Source: a virus
Length of the DNA: 64,000 nt
IMG/VR virus record: IMGVR_UViG_3300035181_000829
Span: 26,232-90,231 of that record
Reading direction: 5' to 3' (one strand)
The notes under the pieces were generated by a model, which worked only from the letters and a program-made list of their open reading frames with translations, made no database searches and was not told the DNA's origin. The stretch's first letter is position 1. Each line of letters opens with the position of its first letter. The translations under genes were made by a program, and so were the position numbers. This document shows, piece by piece, positions 9,297 to 19,549 of the stretch.

Positions 9297-10859
9297 TTAC
9301 ACCTTTTTCTTTAGAAGAACTTTTCGTTTGGTTACCGACTTCATGTTGTCGAACACGTCGCGCCGAACGAACACTTCGTCGGGGCCGGTGCAAACATCGA
9401 TGTATCCTACATAGCGCATCGCATGGTGGATAGTTCCCCTGCCGTATGTCCACGTAGAACGTATGCCTAGGTCGCCGATGGAGATGCCCATATTACCGCA
9501 TTCGCGCAGATACTCGACAATATCACCAAACGTATACCGCTCGCCTTTCAGTTCGGACAAGAAGCCAAGAATAGCCCCGGAAGTTTTGAAGCGCGAAAGA
9601 GGTTCCCGCGCTACGGCTTCGATCTTGTCGCACAAGATGATCATGTTGATCGGCGCGTTGAAAGTTTCCCTGATCCTTTCGCGCCACGGGGCAATCTGAT
9701 CCCGCGCCCATTGCGGATCGTCCTTGATGGATGCAAGGTGAGCGATCAGTTGTGGCTTATCGCTACGCTTAACAACGAACGGGTAGTCAGGGAAGAAGGT
9801 CTGTTGGTAGTCCGCTTCCGGCATGATGATCGGAACGCCCATGTAAATTGCCTCGGACAAACCAACCGGGCAGTCAAGGTGCGACATGGGGGCGATACCT
9901 GCGTGCATTGTCCGCAGCAGCTTCAAGAAGTTCAAGCGCGGGTTATTTTCGATAAGGCGATACTGCGGGCTGTTGGCGTCGAAGTTCACGCCTACTTTTC
10001 CGAGTGCCTTTTTCATAGGCCCCCCAAGCGATCCAGAAAGCGAAACAATAAGCTGCGCATCGACGCCGGATTTATACAGATACTCGAACCATGCAAGATG
10101 TTCCCTATAGCTGACGCCCATGATACGACCGACTGAGATGACCTTGAAGCCTGTTTCAAGCTTCCATCGATCCGCATCGTAGATGGCATCGAGTTGGGAA
10201 ATCTCGATACCGGATGGAACGATTATCGTCTTATCAAGCCATTTGCGGATCGTGCTCTGGGTATAAATTCCCTGCATCCCTTCGACCACTTCGGAACGGT
10301 TATGGTCAGAGATGAAAACGCTGCAATCGCTTGTAAGGTAGCCTTGGCACTGATTAAGCCAATAGGCGTCGCCTACGTGCGACCGTTTCGGTGTCTGTGG
10401 GAACTCCTCGATAAGTACCATTGGCAGGCCGTAGTGCTTGTCGGTGTAGTCGGTCCCTTGGTCATGAAACCGTGGGCTTTCAAGCACACGTTTCTGCATG
10501 GAAGCCGCGCCGGTGCGGGCGGTGCAGATAACATCAATATGGTATTTGCCCGCGATCCGGTTGAACATGTTGAAGAAGTCGTCTGTAATAAGACCATCAA
10601 CAATGAACTGGTCCTGAATATAGCTGGTGCGGATGATCCCAACGTTCGGATGGTTCTCGATTTCGTTGGCCTGATACTCAACGTCCGGTAGCATCCAGTA
10701 AACGAAATGGCCGCGCTTTACTAGTTCGCGGACCATCGAAACATACTTATTGTAGGTAGAAGATGAACCGAGGTTTGCAACCTGCACGTAAACGGGGTCT
10801 ACAAGAACACGAAGGCGTGGCGCAGCTATCTGGCGATGCTGCCATTTTTGGTCTGACAT
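9297..10859 (-). CDS. GT-B fold glycosyltransferase (GT4-like)
   Basis: VFISDH, IVPSGI, VISVGRI and GLSEAIYMGVPII motifs typical of GT-B/Glycos_transf_1. Confidence 0.75.
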   Translation of the reverse strand: MSDQKWQHRQIAAPRLRVLVDPVYVQVANLGSSSTYNKYVSMVRELVKRGHFVYWMLPDVEYQANEIENHPNVGIIRTSYIQDQFIVDGLITDDFFNMFNRIAGKYHIDVICTARTGAASMQKRVLESPRFHDQGTDYTDKHYGLPMVLIEEFPQTPKRSHVGDAYWLNQCQGYLTSDCSVFISDHNRSEVVEGMQGIYTQSTIRKWLDKTIIVPSGIEISQLDAIYDADRWKLETGFKVISVGRIMGVSYREHLAWFEYLYKSGVDAQLIVSLSGSLGGPMKKALGKVGVNFDANSPQYRLIENNPRLNFLKLLRTMHAGIAPMSHLDCPVGLSEAIYMGVPIIMPEADYQQTFFPDYPFVVKRSDKPQLIAHLASIKDDPQWARDQIAPWRERIRETFNAPINMIILCDKIEAVAREPLSRFKTSGAILGFLSELKGERYTFGDIVEYLRECGNMGISIGDLGIRSTWTYGRGTIHHAMRYVGYIDVCTGPDEVFVRRDVFDNMKSVTKRKVLLKKKV

Positions 10860-10865
10860 GGGGGA

Positions 10866-11282
10866 TTACTCCGCTGAGAGTGGATAGATGGTCGCCACCT
10901 TGTTCATGTGCATGGCAAGCCCGATGGAATCTGGGATAGTGCCCGCGTAGCCATCCCAGAACACGACGATATGAGTTGCCGACGCGACAATCTGACCGTT
11001 GCGAGCTTTGAATGCACTTTCGGGGCCAAGCTCACGGATTCTCGGTGATATTTTCGTCACTGGAATCCCGTTACTCTCCGCCCATTTGACGATGATTTCC
11101 TCGACGCCTTTGCCCCCTCCGGTGAAGATGGCAATGTCTCGCATCGATAGATTGTGTCTTACAAGGTGGTTCATCAAAACCTTGATGACATAGGCTTCGT
11201 TCTTGTAGACACTTCCACGGAAATCCCGAACTCCGATGATGCCTACCGAGTGGTTGTGCTTGCCGGGATTTGGGATTGACAT
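10866..11282 (-). CDS. SLOG-family (YspA/DUF2493-like) protein
   Basis: GIIGVRDF...TGGGKGVE...ARNGQIV...VVFWDG pattern. Confidence 0.75.
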   Translation of the reverse strand: MSIPNPGKHNHSVGIIGVRDFRGSVYKNEAYVIKVLMNHLVRHNLSMRDIAIFTGGGKGVEEIIVKWAESNGIPVTKISPRIRELGPESAFKARNGQIVASATHIVVFWDGYAGTIPDSIGLAMHMNKVATIYPLSAE

Positions 11283-11309
11283 GGGCTACCTCTGGCTGAG
11301 CGTGTTGAA

Positions 11310-11834
11310 TTACTTATCTATGGTAGTATAATCTCCTTCGATAATCAAGCTGCTGTCGTGTTGCAAATCAATCTTCCGAACTTCGGTCACTTTTACCCTT
11401 TGTTTATAAGCACTTCGGGGTGTAGATGGTGGAGCTACAACACTAATTTTCTTGGAACTGATGATGGTGGCCTTGCCTGTTTGCCTCTGTGGATCGGCAA
11501 GCTCGGCGACCGCCCCAAGAACACCATTAGCATCCCGCGTGAGCGATACCGTTACCGAAACCCGTAATGGACGCTCATCTGCTTTATCAGCCTGTGACCT
11601 ATCCGTAACTATAAGCGTCCGCACGTTGATGCCGCTGGATGAAAGTTTCTTTTCGCCGATAGGTTCGTAAAGATAACCTTCGTCTATCAATTCCTTGATG
11701 CGAGCCGTGCAGCTCGACATGGTAAGTCCGGTGCCTTTGGCTACTTCCTTGCGAGTGCATCCGGGGTTCATATCGACGTAGTTGTAAACGTCAAAGCGAA
11801 CACCTTGTAATACCGAGTTTCTGCCGCCGTTCAT
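11310..11834 (-). CDS. Winged-helix DNA-binding protein
   Basis: NPGCTRKEVAKGTGLTMSSCTARIKELIDEGYL. Confidence 0.75.
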   Translation of the reverse strand: MNGGRNSVLQGVRFDVYNYVDMNPGCTRKEVAKGTGLTMSSCTARIKELIDEGYLYEPIGEKKLSSSGINVRTLIVTDRSQADKADERPLRVSVTVSLTRDANGVLGAVAELADPQRQTGKATIISSKKISVVAPPSTPRSAYKQRVKVTEVRKIDLQHDSSLIIEGDYTTIDK

Positions 11835-12784
11835 ATCACGATTCCTTTGTCTTTGAGAAGGTAATCTTGCCGTTCGAGAAATTTGGAACTGGTTGGCACT
11901 TTTGGTAATACACGACCTATGTGTTCCTCCACAAAGTTAACTAATATAGCAATTACGGCAATATAAGAATCGGTGAAGTTACCACCTTCAACGAGATACT
12001 GATGAATGTAGCAATCGATTGCAAGAAGTGTGGTTATCACTGCAACTCGGTAGGCGTCATCCACCTCTTGCAAAAAGTTAAGCCTAATAGTGCCCATATC
12101 GCACACAAGCGGCTTTTCGTCAGCGAGAAATCCGTGATTTACGTTCTGCTCAACAAGAGTGACGATATTTTCTTGAGTAAGCCCTCGGGAATGGCGAAGG
12201 AATAGCCCAACCCCTACGTCAATGGCGGTGCGCGGGTTACAAATTCCAGCAGTCTGATAGAATTTGTCTGCCCTATCACTTCGCATGTTAAGTGATGCCA
12301 TATGCAAGAGGGCACCGTATACCTGTTTCCAATATTTAGATATTTGGCTGGACGGCCTATCGTAATCGCCATTTGTTACTGCAACCATCTGCGCAAGTTG
12401 CAAGAGTATAAGGTCAGAATAAGACTGCCTACGCATGAAAAGCTCAACGTAGGCTTTGTGCCGAATGGCTGGGTTAGGGTTTGCCGCAGTGTCTACACCG
12501 CCGCTCCACACTGACTGTCGGTGTAATGCGAAGTCAAAGATTTTTTCGTGATGGGTTATAGCGACAAGCAATGGCTGTTCATACTTTTCAGAATCGCTGG
12601 CCTCTATATTCACAAGAACGGATTCAACATCTTCGTGTGTCCACCCGCTATTCGTCATCCACTCTACAAATTTTGCAGTCTTATCCGGCGCAACAGCAAG
12701 CTGTTCTGCCATCCTCTTTATGAGTTCTTCGCGCCGCAATTGCCTAGCCGCAAAGGTGGTGCCGGTTACGTTGATATTTCTCAT
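11831..12784 (-). CDS. Hypothetical helical protein
   Basis: 317-aa ORF with 4-nt overlaps on both sides; AT-richer than flanks. Confidence 0.7.
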   Translation of the reverse strand: MRNINVTGTTFAARQLRREELIKRMAEQLAVAPDKTAKFVEWMTNSGWTHEDVESVLVNIEASDSEKYEQPLLVAITHHEKIFDFALHRQSVWSGGVDTAANPNPAIRHKAYVELFMRRQSYSDLILLQLAQMVAVTNGDYDRPSSQISKYWKQVYGALLHMASLNMRSDRADKFYQTAGICNPRTAIDVGVGLFLRHSRGLTQENIVTLVEQNVNHGFLADEKPLVCDMGTIRLNFLQEVDDAYRVAVITTLLAIDCYIHQYLVEGGNFTDSYIAVIAILVNFVEEHIGRVLPKVPTSSKFLERQDYLLKDKGIVI

Positions 12785-13185
12785 ATGAATTTGCCTACTT
12801 GCTTGCAGAGCCGAAGATAGCAGCCGAGGACAGCACGCCAGTAAATGTCATCGCAGCTTACCTGCATAGTGACGGGACGCAGGTATCCGTAATCAGGCTC
12901 CACGTCATAATTCGTGTAAGTCATTGTGACCCGAAAAGTAGGGTGTGCTTTATTCAACTGCAATGTGCTGGTTTGGCAATCGGCGCGTGTAGATATACGG
13001 GTAGCAAATTCGTATGCGCCTTTGTTCGGCTTTTCGCCTACGCACTCCGCAATGCGCATGACCGTGGCGGCTTCTGCGCCTTCCTCGGTTTGCTGCAATC
13101 GATTGTAAAGGTCGTCAACGAGTGCGGTGAACTTGGCTTGCGCAAGTTTCTTGACGGGCACTCGGACGATGATTTTCCGAGACAT
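12781..13185 (-). CDS. Hypothetical protein
   Basis: ORF starts MSRKIIVRVPVKK; contains palindrome-derived YNRLQ. Confidence 0.7.
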   Translation of the reverse strand: MSRKIIVRVPVKKLAQAKFTALVDDLYNRLQQTEEGAEAATVMRIAECVGEKPNKGAYEFATRISTRADCQTSTLQLNKAHPTFRVTMTYTNYDVEPDYGYLRPVTMQVSCDDIYWRAVLGCYLRLCKQVGKFI

Positions 13186-13204
13186 GGTATGGACCCTTAA
13201 ATGT

Positions 13205-13235
13205 GTTAGCCGGGCGAGGAAACGACCCGGCTAAC
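13205..13235. terminator. Hairpin downstream of endolysin
   Basis: GTTAGCCGGG...CCCGGCTAAC perfect 10-bp stem; no clear U tract. Confidence 0.5.
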
Positions 13236-13278
13236 TTGAGATGAGAAGATCGACGGAGAACCGATCCTGATGGAAAGT

Positions 13279-13911
13279 TTAGACGAATTGGCCGGGATTG
13301 TCAAGGTAGTAGCGGTTCTCTATTGGGGAGATATGTGTGGCATTGGGGGAGAAGAACTGCTGCGCCCGGATGATCCAGCCACCAAGCTGCCCGTTGGGCG
13401 TAATTGCATACTTGCGCATGGCCGGATTTCGGGCAACGAGGCCGTAGTAGAACTTTAGCCTTGCGTGAACGTAAACGTCGTTCAACTCGCCCGGATAGCT
13501 GTCCATCGCGACGGCGCGGAAGGTCGCACCAAGGGTATGCGGGCCAATGGCACCGTCGATGGTCAGCGGCGCGTCGATCCTGTATGACACGATTTCCTGT
13601 AGCAGCTTGACCGACTGTGACCCCGCGTTCACGTTCATGTCGTAGACGTTCGCTTGCAGCGAATCCGGCAACATGTTGATCTTTGGCCCAACGAAGTAGT
13701 TCTTTTCGAAAATTTGGGCGGCGAGGTCAGGGGTCATCAGTTGCACATCGAGGGCGTTGATCGTGCCATCGTGGTTGAGGTCGAGGCCAAGCCCGCGCAT
13801 CGTGGCGAGTGTGACGCCATCCTTTGTCGGTCCTCCGGGGTCAGCCGGATCGTTGGTATATTTGTCACCTTCGCTACGAAGGATGCCAAGGGTTATATCT
13901 CTCACATTCAT
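13279..13911 (-). CDS. Endolysin, glycoside hydrolase family 108 N-acetylmuramidase
   Basis: EG.Y.NDP.DPGG.T..GVT catalytic motif, EF-hand-like DLNHDGTINALDV insert, DGAIGP.T peptidoglycan-binding motif, C-terminal GGWI.RA. Confidence 0.9.
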   Translation of the reverse strand: MNVRDITLGILRSEGDKYTNDPADPGGPTKDGVTLATMRGLGLDLNHDGTINALDVQLMTPDLAAQIFEKNYFVGPKINMLPDSLQANVYDMNVNAGSQSVKLLQEIVSYRIDAPLTIDGAIGPHTLGATFRAVAMDSYPGELNDVYVHARLKFYYGLVARNPAMRKYAITPNGQLGGWIIRAQQFFSPNATHISPIENRYYLDNPGQFV

Positions 13912-13921
13912 CGGAAGCTCC

Positions 13922-14140
13922 TTAAACTTGTTTGTCCATCCACCATTTGGCGATGTCTATTTCGATCATATCGCCGGGGGCGGCGGTTTCGATTACTTCC
14001 AAGCTTTCTCCGCTCATGTTGGATTTGGGTATCCAGAGGCCAGACCGGACACCGTAGTCTGGGTGCGTGAAGGAACAACAGAACGCCAAGTCACGCTCGT
14101 CCTCTGCACGCACCAACATCGTAATAAAGCGGTCGATCAT
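13922..14140 (-). CDS. Hypothetical protein
   Basis: Small ORF coupled to HU (WIPKS...I.KW pattern). Confidence 0.6.
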   Translation of the reverse strand: MIDRFITMLVRAEDERDLAFCCSFTHPDYGVRSGLWIPKSNMSGESLEVIETAAPGDMIEIDIAKWWMDKQV

Positions 14141-14415
14141 TACAACACCATTTCCTTGAGGACTTTGGCCGGGGTGAACTTGATTTTCTTCTTGGCAGGA
14201 ATGTCGATGGGTTCCCCGGTCATCGGGTTGCGGCCCTTGCGCGCCGCGCTTTCCTTGGCAGAGAACTTGCCGAAGCCCGTTATAAGCACGGAATCATCGT
14301 TTGCCATGATGGTGCTGATGTTAGCAAATGCTGCATCGATGATTTCCCGCACATCGGCGCGGCGGATGCCGGTCTTCGCCGCAACGATAACGATGAGGTC
14401 ATTCATGGTAGCCAT
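14140..14415 (-). CDS. hup: HU/IHF-family DNA-binding protein
   Basis: ITGFGKF...ARKGRNPMTGEPIDIPAKKKIKFTPAKVLK signature; GAGGA RBS before ATG 14415. Confidence 0.95.
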   Translation of the reverse strand: MATMNDLIVIVAAKTGIRRADVREIIDAAFANISTIMANDDSVLITGFGKFSAKESAARKGRNPMTGEPIDIPAKKKIKFTPAKVLKEMVL

Positions 14416-17400
14416 AGTAGTATCCTCTCTCTGGTTTGATTGTCTCAAAGATGGTTGACAGGGGGGTGAGGGCACTAAGACCCTCAGGCCAAGGCCCGCT
14501 ATAGACGATACATATAACGTCTATGGATACCTTGCGATATTCGACTGTAAGGGCTACAGGATCAAAGATTGCGTAGCCGTTGATTGAGGGGTTTCGCACA
14601 CAGAGGTAGCCGTCGCCGCCCGGAGCGTATTCAGTGCACAACAGCGGCCCTACGACCGTATCAAGTATGAGAATCTGATCCCTTAGCTTTGCCATCGACA
14701 TACATCGCCTCAAATAAAAGAACGCGCCGCAGCGCCGCCTTCCTCATGTCCTCTGTCGCAGGCTTATCCGGCGACAGCAATTCACGCATGTCGCGAATAA
14801 GTAACTTACCCGCTTCCTCCGGTATGTCTGGCATGACGTTCCCTTTCGCTTGCAATCGATTGTATTACGCGGGTTAACGTAGCGTAGTCCTGTTCCAGAG
14901 TGATGATATTGATGGTTTTCCCCGCGCGCAGGACCAAGGTCGGTGTAAACCCGGCTGGGGCGTTGGCGATAAGGGCAAGCGCCGCAGCGCGGTCATTTTC
15001 GCTTAGCAATAGCGTCGGCATTGCCGGTGACCTGCGACGGATGCCCACTAGAATACCCTCGGTGTGCGGCCACGTAGTTTGCCAGCCCAAGAATCCCGCA
15101 TGATCTTGGGCATTTGCGCCACAGTCAATTTGTCCTCTTTCAGCATGGCAAGCCCGCGAAAGCGCAGTTCAGTTGCGCACTGTTGCGCGGTATACGTCCG
15201 CAGGCAAACACCTTCCCGCCATTCTTCGGCATACACCATAGGCCGGTTGGGTAGTATCTGTGGCGACCCCTCGTTGTCGAACACGATCATACCATCGGGT
15301 TTGACCATAAAGAACGTGCTCGGTTTCCTGGGATCGACAGTCATATCAACAAACGCACCAGTGGCGAGTTGCCTTTGTCGCACCGATTCCTTCACACCTA
15401 TGTATGATGGAAGTGCCAGCCACGGACAAACGCGCAATGCGTATTCCGCACATTTCTGGTGCATCGGCGGATCACGATAGCAGCCGCGCGGATCGAGTGC
15501 AGACCGAATACCACCAAGCAGGAAAGCATCCTTGTTCAGTTTCTCCCCGCAGATCGCACACAGACCGCCAAGAATAGCCTGCATCACCATCCGGTTATCG
15601 TTGATCGCAAATTCCGGTCTGTTCATGGGTCCACGGTAAGCGATGAACGGAACAGGGTATCCGTTGTGCATCGGCAGCTTGGCTATGCCTTCTGTCATAA
15701 CGGCCATACCTGAACCCTTATGTTGCCGCATGATCGACCACATCAGTCTTTTCCACATCAAGAAAATGTTTGAGCGTATCCAGCAACGCTTGTGTGCACC
15801 AAGCCTCCCGCTCTCTGCGCACCATCACAGTATCCGTAACGATGAACCCATCATCAACCTTGGTTCCCGCTGTAACGAGGTGAATCGTAATCCCACTGTA
15901 GTAAGTCGTCCGTTCGTCTGCCATTATTTCAACTTTCGGGATAGAGTTTTTCTAGTTCTCCGAGGCTCATGTGCTCGTGTTCGACGGGAAGTGTTACAGC
16001 GTCCTTGATCTTGCGTTTTCTCCCATCAGAGTTGATCGTCATCGGGAAGGAATCCTGCGAACGAGCGGACCATTGTCCGGTGATAAGCATCTCCCTGTAG
16101 AAGTATACGGCCATCTGACAACCTCTTATGTTCTTCGTCGTCGTTTTCTGGAAGCAATTCCTCGTATACTCTTTCCGTGACCTCTTCATAACCAATTTCA
16201 GCGGCGAGGAAGTCGGTGACCCGCTGCGCGACGGCGTTGACTAACTCACGGTCGCGCCGGTCGCGGACGCCTATACTGGACAGGCCATCGAGCATCTCTA
16301 ATCTTGCCATCATCCGCTGCTCGACCTCAGTGAAATCGACAGTGACAAGAGTGTCTGTTGCCAACAACTCGCTAAGCAATGGCATGTGCGCGATCCCCCC
16401 TCGGTGGTAGAGCAAACTCGAACACCGTAACGCCATTCGGTCTTACAACTTCTCGACGTAGCAGCTTGCCAATACGATGTTTTTGATGCAGCCGGTAAGC
16501 ATGTATTCCAATCTTTGCGCTGGACTGAAATACATGCGACAGCCCTTTGATCGAATCACTCATGGGGGTGTTCTCCGTTCAATGAGCCGACAGTTTAGAC
16601 GATCTTGCCCCGCATGTCCATATAGAAATGTGGAAGATCGGGGTCCGCGTCCCGCACATACCCCCGCCGCTCTAGATAATTCGCAAGGTGAGGGTTAAGC
16701 ACGTTCTCGAACTGGACGATGGGCGACAACGCCTCGCAAGCAGCGCAGATCACATTCATCCGACCGCGCTGCTCAGTTGGAGCAATGATGTTGGCGATGA
16801 CGATCTTGTCTTGCCGAAGTCGCATGTAAGCGTCGAAGGCTGGAACCTCGCAACCACGGTAATGTATCCAGTCCGATACCGTTTGAAGCGGCCCGTATAC
16901 AAGCTTGGGTATCGAAGCCGCCTTGAACGTTGCAATCGAATGTAGCACGGTATACTTGATCATCCTCGTAGCTCCGCAATGGGTTGGTTTACGCTATTAG
17001 CGCAGTTCAGCATTCAGCTCTAGTTTTGTGGGAATGATGGATTCCTATTTGAAGTCGCGCAGGCGCTTGGCGTAGTCGGTGACAAGCTTTTCGTATTTCT
17101 GAGTAGAGAAGCGAATACCATCGGCATATCCAAGCCAATACATTGCATAGCCAAGAGCCGCGATTCCGATTGCACCGACGATGATGTTGAAGACGGAACC
17201 GAACATCATTTCTGAACCCCATGCTTTTTGATGCAATCGACGCTAACGCACTCGCCAAGGTGGTTCACCTGAGTCGGCCCGCACCCTTCGCACAACACGA
17301 CAGGATACAGCCCGGCCTTGGTGTCTTCCTCGGTAGAAAGGCCAGCAAGGTCTTTGTAGTCTGTCTCGGAACACTGTTTGCAGAAATCAGCCACGTTTGT

Positions 17401-17885
17401 CTCTCCTGTCAATCCGTTCAATAGCCGCGAGCCGTTCGATCCTATTTCGTCTCGCAGAATATGAGTTCCATGTAGTTGATGTATCGCATAGGGTATTCAC
17501 CAACAAGAGCAAGAGGTCTGACGCCGACCGAAAGGCTGCTGTCGGCAGTAGCGTAGGCCGTCATCACTTCCAGCCGAACGTGAGGCGCTTTTACCCACGT
17601 GCATTGATGGCCGATGTTGGTTCCGATTGATTTCAGATAATTGCGCTGAAATTCAATCATCGGAAGACTCTTACCGGGAGGTAGCTTGTGTTCGCTCGAC
17701 AGACGAATGTATTCCATCAGGTCGTCGTATTCCTGATCGACCAGCCTGCGGCGACGTTCGAGTTCCGCGAGTTTTCTCGCAGGTGTATATATGATGCGCA
17801 TTAGTGTGGCTCCGGTGTTTATAGTGGATTGTAGCATCGGGCCATCAGTGGTGCAAGTGGTAGTCCGCGTTCTGCTTTTGGACAT
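14399..17885 (-). other. Cluster of about 12 small hypothetical ORFs
   Basis: Contiguous overlapping minus-strand ORFs of 60-220 aa with RBSs; individual starts uncertain. Confidence 0.6.
15048..15707 (-). CDS. Cys/His-rich phage protein
   Basis: GYPVPF...LCAICGEKL...DPPMH.KCAEYALRVCPWL. Confidence 0.7.
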   Translation of the reverse strand: MAVMTEGIAKLPMHNGYPVPFIAYRGPMNRPEFAINDNRMVMQAILGGLCAICGEKLNKDAFLLGGIRSALDPRGCYRDPPMHQKCAEYALRVCPWLALPSYIGVKESVRQRQLATGAFVDMTVDPRKPSTFFMVKPDGMIVFDNEGSPQILPNRPMVYAEEWREGVCLRTYTAQQCATELRFRGLAMLKEDKLTVAQMPKIMRDSWAGKLRGRTPRVF

Positions 17886-18001
17886 TTTCGTTATATCTGC
17901 TAGGATTTTTCGTTATATCTTTTCGCTATATATGCTGGAAATTTTTAGACATTTTCGTTATAATCATTTGTACATTTTTGCTGGAAATTTTTAGACATTT
18001 C
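17881..18001. repeat. AT-rich short direct repeats
   Basis: TTTTCGTTATA x3 plus one variant; TGCTGGAAATTTTTAGACATTT x2. Confidence 0.8.
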
Positions 18002-18244
18002 ACGCTAGGGGGGTGTGTTTTAGGCGAATTGTGAAAGAATTGTGGCTTAAATGTGGCGGCTAGCGTAGGTGGCATATGCAGCGCAAGCGGCGATTGTCGC
18101 GATTAGCGCAAGGATAGGGTGCGCATTAGCATATCCCGTAATGGTATGGAGAAGGTCGGTATAGGTGGTATGGGCTTGCATAGTGTTATCCCGCGATGGT
18201 GTAGACGCGGGGCTTGAACCCCGCGTCGTGTTGAAGCTTGCGGC

Positions 18245-18766
18245 TTAGGCGGTGACGCTACCGTAGGTTTTGCCGCTTGCGGTGAATCGCAGCAGCAGTT
18301 GGGTTTGCCCGTCGGTGTAACCCGAATGCCCGTCCGCAAAGGTATGCTTCGCGCCGGTGCCCGCGACGGGTTCGAGAATGCCCGCGTTGATGAAAACGGC
18401 GGCAACCGCATTGTCGAGCCCGCGTGCAGGGAAGGGTTTGTCCGTGCCGTAGGTTTTGCGAATATTGTAGAGAAGCGGCATATCCCGTTCGGTGGAAGGC
18501 TTGCGCGCGTGAGCCGTGAGTTTGATAGCCGTTTTACGGTTGGCGTTGATCGGCTTCGATGCGCCGCCGTAACCCGATTGCAAGCCCGCTTCGCGATGGA
18601 AATGAACGAGAGGTGCTTTCGCCGGGATGGTGGTCGCCGGGATGGTGGTGACGGTTTCCGCTTTCGTGATGCGCTTGGCGCTTGCCGATTTCGCCGGGGT
18701 GCGCTTGGCGCGCGCCGGTTTCGCTGGGGCGATGGTAGCAGGAAGATTCGTGATGGTGTTTTGCAT
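18245..18766 (-). CDS. Lys/Ala-tailed putative DNA-binding protein, paralog 1
   Basis: PAK-rich N-terminus; clearly alignable to 22764..23258. Confidence 0.75.
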   Translation of the reverse strand: MQNTITNLPATIAPAKPARAKRTPAKSASAKRITKAETVTTIPATTIPAKAPLVHFHREAGLQSGYGGASKPINANRKTAIKLTAHARKPSTERDMPLLYNIRKTYGTDKPFPARGLDNAVAAVFINAGILEPVAGTGAKHTFADGHSGYTDGQTQLLLRFTASGKTYGSVTA

Positions 18767-19259
18767 GTCGTTAGTCCCGTTTGCGGCGCGCTTGATTGCG
18801 GTTGTGCCGTGACGCGATATTACGCGGCAATTGTGGCAAGAATAAGGCGCTTGCAATGGATTGTAAGCCGCGCGCGGGGGCCGCCGTGGAGTTGGGAAGG
18901 GGCGTCGGGAAGGGGCCGCCGTGACGCTGGAAGGGGTGCTACGCGGCAAGGTCGGGTTTAGGCTGTAAGGATATGTCGGGCGGCAGAGTTCGCCGTGTAG
19001 GACGAAAAAGGGTTTTCCGTAGGTGGAAACGGATTGTTGACCGCTATATGTAGTGTTACCCCGCGTTAGGTGCGGATTAGGTATTGACGCCGCGCCGGAA
19101 GTATGAATCGAGGCGGCAGGGCGATTCGCGCAAGAATGTTTCGTCGCTGATTTGGGGCGAATGCAAAAGTCGTTATGTGATGCCGCGCCGGAAACGATAA
19201 AGAGTGATTAGTCGTTATAACGAAACGGTAACGAATTGTTACGGAAGGCATTTTTCGGA

Positions 19260-19288
19260 TTGACGGTTGGGCGGTGGCATGTTATAAT
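19260..19288 (+). promoter_or_regulatory. Near-consensus rightward sigma70 promoter
   Basis: TTGACG-N17-TATAAT with extended -10 TG; opposite to all genes. Confidence 0.7.
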
Positions 19289-19303
19289 AGGGTGCCGGAC
19301 TGT

Positions 19304-19351
19304 GCCGCACAGCCTGTCAGCCGCACAGCCTGTCAGCCGCACAGCCTATCA
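19304..19351 (+). repeat. 16-bp tandem repeat x3
   Basis: GCCGCACAGCCTGTCA x2 plus GCCGCACAGCCTATCA. Confidence 0.9.
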
Positions 19352-19364
19352 ATCAATCAGCCTG

Positions 19365-19506
19365 TCATCTTCACCATCTCCATCATCTTCTACTCCTACA
19401 TGCACATTAACTACCCATCTTCTTCATCTTCGTTATCATGCACATTAACTACCCTACAACTTCTTCATCTTCATCATCTACTCCTACATATACATTAACT
19501 ACCCTA
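19365..19506 (+). repeat. G-poor tract with 3x CATTAACTACCC
   Basis: Copies at 19405, 19443 and 19493; only about 3 G in 140 nt. Confidence 0.9.
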
Positions 19507-19510
19507 GACA

Positions 19511-19549
19511 AAGAAAAGCCCCACATCTTTCAATGTGAGGCGATTCTTC
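19511..19549 (-). terminator. Intrinsic terminator, possibly bidirectional
   Basis: AAGAAAAGCCCCACAT-CTTTCA-ATGTGAGGCGATTCTT directly after the stop of 19548..19859. Confidence 0.6.

Noticed and set aside
11831-12784. WSGGVDT as the PP-loop of a QueC-like enzyme
   Set aside because: Motif lies mid-protein without the preceding hydrophobic strand or the downstream QueC Cys motifs; probably chance
19274-19498. Low-complexity + strand ORFs over the G-poor tracts (also 21558-21764, 22387-22686, 35322-35510)
   Set aside because: No SD; His/Ser/Phe/Ile runs follow from the repeat composition, and the shared motif falls in different frames
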